A stretch of DNA of 64,000 bases. Source: Clostridiales bacterium (lineage in GTDB: Bacteria > Bacillota > Clostridia > Christensenellales > Pumilibacteraceae). Below the pieces are notes generated by a model that searched no databases, had not been told where the DNA came from, and worked only from the letters and a program-made list of their open reading frames with translations. The position numbers were made by a program, and so were the translations under genes. Shown here one piece after another: positions 13,201 to 20,022 of the stretch. The stretch is from the NCBI GenBank assembly GCA_022508365.1, contig JAFLVH010000004.1, positions 275 to 64,274 of the forward strand, given 5' to 3'. Position 1 is the stretch's first letter. The number at the start of each line of letters is the position of its first letter.

Positions 13201-16143
13201 TTTTATCACTACGCACTGACCGTACATGCTGTTTGTATCCCTGAGCTCGCCAAGCACTGTGCTTACACGCCCGCCGAAGTACGCTGTAGGAATATAGATA
13301 TCAACATAGTCTACTGTAAAGTAATAGCCGGACTGATTGGCTGAAATCGAAGATTGAATTTGCGCGAGAGACGAACTGATCCTGACAAGCTCGTTAAGCT
13401 TGCCCGCACCGGTCTGCCCTACCGACGTAATGCTTTGACCTCTTAACATGTTTGTAGTGAAGAAGTTGTCTGCATCACCGGCAAGCGGACGCAAGCCCGC
13501 AGAAGAATACGTGCTGTCGTCAACCTTGAGCATGCCGATAGGATAGGTTTGCTGGCTGATTGTTATGCCCATAGGCGTAAAGTAGAACACCTCGCCTTTG
13601 TCGCCGTTGGCCGTGGGCATTTCACTTACAGCCGAGGCGTTGCGCTCCGTTTGCAATGTATTGGGAGCTCTGTTTGTTACCTGTATGCCGAGAGGCAGCC
13701 AAATACCGTTATCCGAAGTGTCGTTTTTGTCCTGTACACGTATAAGAATATAGAAGTGACCGGCGTTAGCGACACCGCTTGCCATCTGCACGCCGCCGCT
13801 TATAGAGCCGCCCGTAGCCGCTTGAGCGGAGGTTCTGGTGGACTTATACATGGAATACGAGGCACGAAGTCCGGTAAGCGTAATCGTATCGTTGCTGAAC
13901 GAATACTGCACAAACGCCACGTCGGTATTTGCCGAGCCGTTGCTTATGTACCAGCTTTCAAACCCGGTTGTATTATTCTCGCCCTTTAGCTGACCTGTGG
14001 CAAGAACGCCGGTAAACCTATCTGCATTGGTATTGTCCGCAATTACGTTAAAGTACGAATTGCTGCCGTTTTTTGTTGTCTGGACTTCGCCGTACTTGTT
14101 TGTCAATAAAAACTCGTGCGTCGGAACCACCACCTCTTTAATCTGGTGCGACGTGGAGTTGATAGTGCCGTTTGCGCCGTCAATATCGGTGAAGTAAGTG
14201 TTGAGGCTGAAGGTTGCCGATGCAAGCGTACCCACCGTTGCTACCGGAGCCACATTGGTTCTGACCGTCGGACGGGTATTGTCCATCTTAAAGACTATAT
14301 CAACCGTCATCCTCGTGGATGTACTCGAGGTTACATTGGCCTCAACGTTGGAAAGACCCATTGCGTTGACCGGTGTCTTTTCCACCTCGTACACCGTTAC
14401 GGAAAACACCTGGTATGCCGGGTCGGGCGTTATACAAGTGAAAGTGAGCGTGTCGTAAACGTATGACAGCTTAGCCTTGGCGGAATTATATGCCGTGCCG
14501 CCTGCCGTATTTGCGTCATATTCGTTAATTTTATATTTTCTGGAAGATCCGGTGATTGACGAAACACTGCTGAACGACGCGACAATCTTATCAAGACTGT
14601 TGTTGAAGCCCTTGATAAGATCGGACGCGTTTATCTTAACGCCTTCGTTATATCTGATGGGTTGCTCAAACACCGCGGTATACCTGTTGGTGCCGAGCGG
14701 ATTATAAAGATTTGTCGTGTCTATTGCACTGCCGGCAGGCGCCGTAGCCGTCTTTGACAAGCCAAAGTGCAGCTTATTGCCGCCGGTCTGTGATGAAACA
14801 ACGTCCGCTGCCGCATTTGTGCGCTGCGAAATTGTGTTGGCAGGCACGACAACCGTAAACGGTATAACCGAAAACGCGCGCGACGATGTACTTGTTCCGA
14901 AGTTATCGCGAATTTTTACATACAGCTTGATTGTGCCGTTTGTTGTACACCCGTCATATCCCGCTCGAGGATACTTCTTTATCTTGGTTATGTTAAGCTG
15001 ACTGTTGCTCGACCATGTCCAATCGAAATATTCGGTAGCAAGCGTGGTGCACGCGGAATTTACCCACAACCTTTGATTGGCGGTTGTGGTAAACGTATCG
15101 ACAGCGCTTGCATTGCCGTCGGTAAAGTACACGCCGGTAAGCGTAGCGTTGGCGTGGTTGGCATGGTCGCTGTCCTGCGCCAAAGAGCTGGCTGTAATCG
15201 CCTGGCTTATCGCGTTGCCCGTACGAGCGGGCAATGTTATCGTCTTGTTGAGCGAAACAGGCGCCTGATTGATGCTGATGGCAGTAATTCTAACCCTGCC
15301 GTTGCCGGACGCAGAAGAATTGCCATAGCTGTTGCCCGAAGAAGTAAAGCTGCCGCTTATGTAGTTGGAGCCGCAGTAGCTGCTTATAGGGTCGTCGCCG
15401 TGAACGACTGCACCGCCGTAATAACCGCCGCCGCCGCCGCCCTCGTCGTTGGAGTAGCTGGAACGGTGTCTGGACACATCGCCGCTTGCGCCTTGAAACA
15501 GCACGCCGCAAGAGCTGAACTTTTGAGTCGTTCCGGTAGCGCTACCGCCGCCGCCGCCGCAAGCAACAATTATGCGGTTGCTAGTGCTGGGGGACGTTCT
15601 GATATCGGTACCGCCGCCGCCGTTGTAGCCGCCGTAACGCCAAGTGGTGTTGTTGCCGTCGATACTGCCGGTACCCGCAGCGCCGGTGCCGCCGCAATAT
15701 ATATATATAGTTGTAGCAGACGTATACGTGATTTGACCGTAAGAATAACCGCCCAAACCGCCGTTGGCCGTGCCGGTATTGGCGCCGTTGTTGCCGGTAT
15801 AACCGCCGCGTCCGCCCCAAAGCTCAAACTTCCAGGTGCCCTGAGGAAGAGTTACCGAATAATAGCTGCCATTGTACGAATAATCAATATAGTTGTTATT
15901 AGTAAACGTACCGTTATTGATATACGTCTGAATGGTATTACCCGTGACGTTGGTGTAGTTGGCGGAAGTTGTAGCCTCCGTCTGCTCCACATCATTATCC
16001 ACACTCACCTTTTTGGTGGGCGACGTGGTGAAAACAGCACAAGTGACGGCTACCGCCAATGCGGTGATAACCGTAGCAAGCAGCAACAGTACGCGCCGCC
16101 CCACTCTTGATTTGCCTTCGGTCTTGTCAGTATGATTGTTCAT
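4201..16143 (-). CDS. Giant (~3980 aa) surface protein: N-terminal signal/TM, Gly-rich domain, tandem cadherin/Ig-like domains, C-terminal TM, Pro/Met-rich cytoplasmic tail
   Basis: Track ORF is 4201-16188; the likely start is ATG at 16143 (GAGAGGT upstream). Hydrophobic RRVLLLLATVITALAVAVTCAVF; WGGRGG...GGYNGGGGTDIR...IIVACGGGGG; repeated N-x-x-P linkers and D-x-D motifs; TM IIWWGVGIGILVLIALIILIVILV followed by KRRKRK. Confidence 0.85.
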   Translation of the reverse strand: MNNHTDKTEGKSRVGRRVLLLLATVITALAVAVTCAVFTTSPTKKVSVDNDVEQTEATTSANYTNVTGNTIQTYINNGTFTNNNYIDYSYNGSYYSVTLPQGTWKFELWGGRGGYTGNNGANTGTANGGLGGYSYGQITYTSATTIYIYCGGTGAAGTGSIDGNNTTWRYGGYNGGGGTDIRTSPSTSNRIIVACGGGGGSATGTTQKFSSCGVLFQGASGDVSRHRSSYSNDEGGGGGGYYGGAVVHGDDPISSYCGSNYISGSFTSSGNSYGNSSASGNGRVRITAISINQAPVSLNKTITLPARTGNAISQAITASSLAQDSDHANHANATLTGVYFTDGNASAVDTFTTTANQRLWVNSACTTLATEYFDWTWSSNSQLNITKIKKYPRAGYDGCTTNGTIKLYVKIRDNFGTSTSSRAFSVIPFTVVVPANTISQRTNAAADVVSSQTGGNKLHFGLSKTATAPAGSAIDTTNLYNPLGTNRYTAVFEQPIRYNEGVKINASDLIKGFNNSLDKIVASFSSVSSITGSSRKYKINEYDANTAGGTAYNSAKAKLSYVYDTLTFTCITPDPAYQVFSVTVYEVEKTPVNAMGLSNVEANVTSSTSTRMTVDIVFKMDNTRPTVRTNVAPVATVGTLASATFSLNTYFTDIDGANGTINSTSHQIKEVVVPTHEFLLTNKYGEVQTTKNGSNSYFNVIADNTNADRFTGVLATGQLKGENNTTGFESWYISNGSANTDVAFVQYSFSNDTITLTGLRASYSMYKSTRTSAQAATGGSISGGVQMASGVANAGHFYILIRVQDKNDTSDNGIWLPLGIQVTNRAPNTLQTERNASAVSEMPTANGDKGEVFYFTPMGITISQQTYPIGMLKVDDSTYSSAGLRPLAGDADNFFTTNMLRGQSITSVGQTGAGKLNELVRISSSLAQIQSSISANQSGYYFTVDYVDIYIPTAYFGGRVSTVLGELRDTNSMYGQCVVIKGLKITLNNWTHNRFLHLEVKVKDSAEAEISTYIAVNVSNKAPVTLDSANVAQLGYTYNGVTVRSTYTQSTATIKYSVPAHSTVLVSPYDLITDENMTNAGISISNGFTLNGLSGGFNTSTGVFSVNGPTTGTNIINIKGIATSANSYPYYGSSYTESLFNMIGALQAERTFNRVTADNRFGTTSSGTTSIDKLYFARTIDGSSLDPFTYDPYSNTNRQLFASADMTGDGYVSYSFGSKIEYSNKSYNIDYAVITANRRTLSGSPAVLEFTVRDRTGASASDDAYGIIKIRVEIDVINSSPRVQYPEKYYTLTTNPLSEESVENSNSFIPGSIKPSTLVIYAATDSVDEKNNFLVDNEDSEVWFDITGGFQVVDKNDSNGSEVDFAGRSYNGNYVNVTMTATTLTIVALNSTQAVETLYIRFYATDGRYNDSGTLERSVCYVRIEVINAGFTYNTGDNGFVPVYDGESTNVDQYLWDVESLTAQDMSRARFFVSGSDAATAVRAEFSASSGQIKYLISDTDSLQGVVISAARAPGSTNPVDVGYRNANLSGCTTDDEYIAAYKLAVPQLGIGWNTPLADRSNSNLAIGALIALRQGINYDTTDAGLKKKIDVEGTDIVYFVRSGSGYTAYKASDLVKEDAPYRLNVYRQLFDEEGRWAVTDWAIMVKPNSSSDASQYINLRISMRDETKLGGDTAGLATAHDAGNANKVVVFANQLFSYDMFINGIGIVPYTYYNQFDGFYTVADPADSNGAVYVPTYDGIKTSQYDAESDIKNLYYDGSSKVITTQQSAGVVTLKNRSANGTDETFAGVHSGVEYSIANANATNGFNYPIRSGGNVVSGRRESAFKYSDTIHVSGNSNEATYVPMSYFALNKDFYTINDTTGAISFKQDSYISYDTGDVNGYQLRYMGYGDAVTISDGVDTWKGSDTNPYVAITFFDLVGNTYKQEDETKLLASPYLNNRLSIPTYKEDGVEQFINVESSRGLYANDVVGEYGRMLYLSNQLVVNNAEKQYGLQEHLFGLKLSKKDTRAQVASLTITVKVVACTFNSVTNKVMPNYGGYGDSDGAQYSATLTFKLEIGNSPIDLEQTSNGVKQHDAAGYYIEMLDLTTDMDTQYIALSRASTVPDISKVIKYTDADVVYNSDNTVNASKSDTAKFSYSSLRQLKYLTGYQRVLELDEDSANTNITFSNTSTSQYAQTSIKNYLNARDKSAVDSRTSEYQPNTGFYAYNNNEGYDKYFSVGVSLDGSTLSITPKAKTSINPDMIGSSNLTAVSDYYLERGLKLIDSNNAGGGAYYPLKVLIYDDHGDGFGAASYVAVEIRVAISGSSAKLVDNLEDYASDGSKQINVSLAINQPYTLNISHVITSDSLLKTGTNFFWKADYDLLKEKAGNRNNYDSETLRRDDMFRLESGTYLVSPFNNRNNIQTYSTNANTIAQDNLKLRQGNAVYSSNPNYIGVSYSYMPDVIMYMDYYNDNGGAQVQDALAYGAIPIGNDIMFRANRRTTYQTTVDNVTTSVQQDDFSFKINFTDSDGNKTKDLYIKINVVNQTPTIRGKAVNKANGLQMQVGDSFTVVTTPYNRFVGSEANESSSDYTTPTPSARASTSYDIVANRADPSHRYANIMQANLLAENATVKYEQLTERNIDGNGQYALHSYVSDGGSNQHLGYLAIADDDMPWGLRLESVDYYNDNCFELGRRGDGLPLEGSSQSTGMQYCLDITITASSVCTNMPVTITVVDANMARITFTMYVTVVSSKPVAIDYGDNRHTLNAALSPVYENIMGSQVLQKGVYSMYMIADNVTDKNTTQNINNVPTVTATYKDVTLNTGRSVKAYGKVRLPLDEIAYDADSGDILALYSEDRADYNVFSFNNTAMSKDPDNRLIYYNDMFTIEISPDYRWFTIECKTYNSSFDEDVIRFYVRDSGNNIFENAIPIEIRLSTLYSSITNDAQMTNSSVRQEQFQRGSIASVNVKSFDDYSGYSIDLPEDEDERNTIVDVQSTFQFLTYPGMPASVDQTAASARPLTDPDIMHSSLNRHYEVRIYAFMATVGSSESEYQAMSLENISSLFNLNPSVVNKKVLALKSESDLSNNAFLNEKHLNIDSFLIGGFYDDGTTMTHVNRSLVLFLQRYFMFDVGDDGVSLLFRPVSANIDVEIPLYVQIEKHIADTRAVNISNVDTACGDIFYVNVMDSAPIATEEESVLSYEGDVTSKKDGQNDNRIFIKLYDNDDPYGSLFTDSDLNDYVVYDGFQSSTVLTPDYNRAFSAATAAEIDWRANEGINKPQAFTIEVNNSSEPVEGIPAYTIAVTINRRIDVQDADGNYLSEVDVPFNIYGKDRAGQAVEVQVTITIKNADIDLDASKIIEVTPDPVNGYYQLSVDEENYRSYFIDAYMVPQRTLAPFYFVDSQGTYVADPDYTRMRTDTDSMRLVGAESAESNSYLMYGKELTVRSDKANEDVAVIKPLFGFDNNVMPEDKNHFAGFSINLLSYNRNIDDATAKMRIIDRSGDPTNPFLGFTVTVRIHILNAAPTLKAGVENKPFIVTGYDTRDGEPIVIDINDYVEDLNGDALRIAGVSAVYEGNPSNGNQHCVRDSDSASDLVGIAIADNMYNCTFTPKAGYYGEQYVSVIVADVVEGADAIEYSTVEFILHFIISYDISDIKLNDITAIRSLPTKIDAAALFNSIDDTFGIKDHATEEPGKFNPGAEYAITELTASGNVRVYKDGDDWMIKGESVAENIRMNVTFKNKTAIDDPDVKSIHMTFNVTVIKNNMPTLKEYIKNNNEEGLLFETGRGSFVLDNNGTAMLNPTDLFDDVELPLGDQLTFDAKSVSVSSPTICSVRVSEDGTLLYITFNFNGECNITIGVMDCTGEVTKVTFKIKNIDRPDPSFWDKIMISYEVNPIIWWGVGIGILVLIALIILIVILVKRRKRKQEELEAILLSEMELEEQMMRLGASSMGMMQSFGYLPPTMPTQNDPGLMLGAGENVPPQGGAIGLNPGAPTDPNNPPVM

Positions 16144-16170
16144 ACATTTACCTCTCGAGTATCGATGTCT

Positions 16171-16233
16171 TGTTAACAATTTGTTCACAATTGTATGGAT
16201 ATACAGTTAAATGTTAACATATTGTTCATAATT
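16171..16233. promoter_or_regulatory. Two 22-bp direct-repeat operator-like sites
   Basis: TGTTAACAATTTGTTCACAATT (16171-16192) and TGTTAACATATTGTTCATAATT (16212-16233): 19/22 identical, 41 bp apart. Confidence 0.55.
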
Positions 16234-16239
16234 TGTCAA
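16211..16239 (-). promoter_or_regulatory. Putative sigma-A promoter of the giant surface protein gene
   Basis: TTGACA-17 bp-TAACAT with extended TG, minus strand. Confidence 0.6.
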
Positions 16240-16372
16240 TAGTTTTTTTAAATATAGTTTTGAATATCGACAAAATTTATTGACGCCAAAGCAAATAATC
16301 TTTTTATTTACTTGACTTTTATATGTAAGATACGATAATATATGCACGGTCATAAAATTTCGGAGGTGAATT

Positions 16373-16660
16373 ATGAATATAAAACCATTGTTTGACCGCA
16401 TCGTAATTGAGCCGTTGGAGACGGAGGAAAAGACAAAAAGCGGGATAGTTCTACTTGCTAAGGATCAGGAAAAACCGCAAATCGCGCGCGTGACCGCAGT
16501 GGGACCCGGCGGACTTGTGGACGGCAAGGACGTAAAAATGGTTGTCAAGGTCGGTGACAAGGTAATCTATTCCAAGTATGCAGGCAGCGAGTTCAAGGTG
16601 GACGACAAAACGTTTACCGTCATGCGCCAGAGCGACGTGCTCGCCGTTGTGGAAGACTAA
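16373..16660 (+). CDS. groES: Co-chaperonin GroES
   Basis: MNIKPLFDRIVI, TKSGIVL, VGPG, VKVGDKVIYSKYAG; GGAGGTG RBS. Confidence 0.98.
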   Translation: MNIKPLFDRIVIEPLETEEKTKSGIVLLAKDQEKPQIARVTAVGPGGLVDGKDVKMVVKVGDKVIYSKYAGSEFKVDDKTFTVMRQSDVLAVVED

Positions 16661-16744
16661 CCTATTTCTCGTCATCATGAGCGAGCGCCATTTGGCGCGC
16701 AGTCGAAGGATCTAATCACTATTATATATATGAAAAGGAGTTAA

Positions 16745-18373
<1,629 letters not shown>

Positions 18374-18424
18374 AGCGGCGCAAGCGCCTAAGATAATAAA
18401 TAAGAGATAATAGATAAGAAATAA

Positions 18425-18455
18425 AAAAGTGGCGTGGTACTACCTCGCCGCTTTT
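18425..18455. terminator. Bidirectional terminator after groEL, flanked by TAGATAA/TTATCTA heptamer repeats
   Basis: AAAAGTGGCG...CGCCGCTTTT hairpin with A- and T-runs on the two sides. Confidence 0.75.
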
Positions 18456-18505
18456 ATTATTATTTATTATCTATTCATTATTATCTATTATCTAAAATAT
18501 CGGTC

Positions 18506-18618
18506 GAGATTCTTCACTTCGCTCCGCTCGTTCAGAATAACCTGCGGTTGCTTCGTAGGACAAAAATAATGGTTATGAACATGTCGGTTTTGTCATTCTG
18601 AGCAACGCGAAGAATCTC
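18506..18618. repeat. Inverted pair of REP-like palindromic elements (REPIN-like)
   Basis: GAGATTCTTCACTTCGCTCCGCTCGTTCAGAATAAC (18506-18541) and, inverted, GTCATTCTGAGCAACGCGAAGAATCTC (18592-18618). Confidence 0.65.
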
Positions 18619-18622
18619 ATCA

Positions 18623-19012
18623 TTAATATATATCAAAATCCAAATCGCCGTTGAATTTACTGAGCAAGCTTAATACATTGTGGTCGATTGACATACCCGG
18701 ATAAGTGCCGTACTGGTAAATTACTATGCACATTCTTACTTCAATCTTATTCTGCAAGACGAATTCGATAAAGCCGTCGTCGTTCCAGAAGGGAAAGTAG
18801 CTCATAAATTCGCTCATCACTTCCTCTAAGTACCATTTCCGAACATAATCGCGGTATTCTATCGATATATTCAAAAACTTCTTTCGTGCGCATATTTTCA
18901 ATACAGACCCGTCGAATTCCATGTCCTTCAATCGATCGCACAGCAAATTATAGATATCTTCATTTTCGGAAATAAAGGTAATCTCGGGTTTTATTTTAGG
19001 TATCTCGTCCAT
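18623..19012 (-). CDS. Hypothetical AT-rich protein (~129 aa), C-terminus resembles DUF4279-type proteins
   Basis: Track ORF is 18623-19057; the likely start is ATG at 19012 with AAGGAG upstream; ends FNGDLDFDIY. Confidence 0.6.
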   Translation of the reverse strand: MDEIPKIKPEITFISENEDIYNLLCDRLKDMEFDGSVLKICARKKFLNISIEYRDYVRKWYLEEVMSEFMSYFPFWNDDGFIEFVLQNKIEVRMCIVIYQYGTYPGMSIDHNVLSLLSKFNGDLDFDIY

Positions 19013-19084
19013 GCAATTCTCCTTTTTATAAAGTTGACAAGCACAAACACCAATCATTCTGCATTATGCATTCTTAATTCTTCA

Positions 19085-19879
19085 TTAAACTATCTCGTCT
19101 ACTACGTTAAGCCCTGCGTTTTTGGCGTAGGCATAGAGGGCGAGCGTATACTTGTCGCAGAGATAGCGCGGATTGTGCGCGTCGGAGGACACCACTACCC
19201 TTGCGTTATACTTTTTGCACAGCTCCACAAGCAAATCGGTTGGATATCTGAATTCGTGATACCTTATTCCGTTGGCGTTCAGCTCGAGCGCGACCTTTCT
19301 TTCAGCGGCGAGCTTGACGGTACGTTCCATTGCGTCCGCCATGCGCGGTGTGATCTTGGGTCTTTGATAAAAAATAAGATCGGGATGCGCAACAAGAGCG
19401 AACAGACCGCTTTCTATCCCCTTGCACACATTGTCAAAGTACGCCGACACGTTCTTGTCGTCAGTTCCTTCAAAAAATGAATTGTACAGCTTGCCGCCGC
19501 GCATATACATATGCTGACCCAATACCATATAGTCAAGCTTGGATTTGAGTGTTTTGTAATAGTCGGGATATCCCTCGAAATATTCTATTTCCACACCGCG
19601 GAGCAACCGCAATTGTTCGCCGTACTGCCGCTTCGCCTCGTCAAACTGCGGCAGGTACACCTTGTCAATATCGCGCAGAGAAATATACGGGTCATAAGTG
19701 GCAACGGACGGTAGGCAGTGATCTGATATGCCTAAAATACTCATGCCGCACCTTACCGCCTCCTTTGCGTAATCGGACACGGTGCCGCCCGCATGTCCGC
19801 ACAGATAGTTGTGCGTGTGGTAGTTGCTCTTTATTTTGATGTCTCCCAAATCGTCGGGAATGGAAAAGTTTTTAAGCAT
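19085..19879 (-). CDS. PHP-family histidinol-phosphatase-like hydrolase (HisJ family)
   Basis: YHTHNYLCGH, GISDH, GVEIEY, VAHPDL, ELNANG, SSDAH metal-binding motifs. Confidence 0.85.
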   Translation of the reverse strand: MLKNFSIPDDLGDIKIKSNYHTHNYLCGHAGGTVSDYAKEAVRCGMSILGISDHCLPSVATYDPYISLRDIDKVYLPQFDEAKRQYGEQLRLLRGVEIEYFEGYPDYYKTLKSKLDYMVLGQHMYMRGGKLYNSFFEGTDDKNVSAYFDNVCKGIESGLFALVAHPDLIFYQRPKITPRMADAMERTVKLAAERKVALELNANGIRYHEFRYPTDLLVELCKKYNARVVVSSDAHNPRYLCDKYTLALYAYAKNAGLNVVDEIV

Positions 19880-19980
19880 ACTCTATTATTTTCTTTTCTC
19901 CGAAATTTAAGTGAATAATAGGCGTGAGACTACATATACTAAGGTTACAAAGCAATATTTAACGCTTTGTTATCATATTT

Positions 19981-20014
19981 GCTCACATCGGTTATTCGTT
20001 GTGAGCTTTTTTTT
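19981..20014 (+). terminator. Terminator-like hairpin oriented on the plus strand, opposite to both flanking genes
   Basis: GCTCACA-TCGGTTATTCGT-TGTGAGC followed by a T-run on plus. Confidence 0.5.
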
Positions 20015-20022
20015 GTGATAAT

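Noticed and set aside
15420-15700. GCC/GGC triplet runs suggesting a repeat or contingency locus
   Set aside because: Explained by poly-Gly codons of the Gly-rich domain; in-frame, so not a phase-variation switch.
4951-16110. Long plus-strand ORFs opposite the giant gene (e.g. 4951-6144, 8218-9633, 15073-16110)
   Set aside because: Antisense shadows of a codon-biased gene, with no SD or family motifs.
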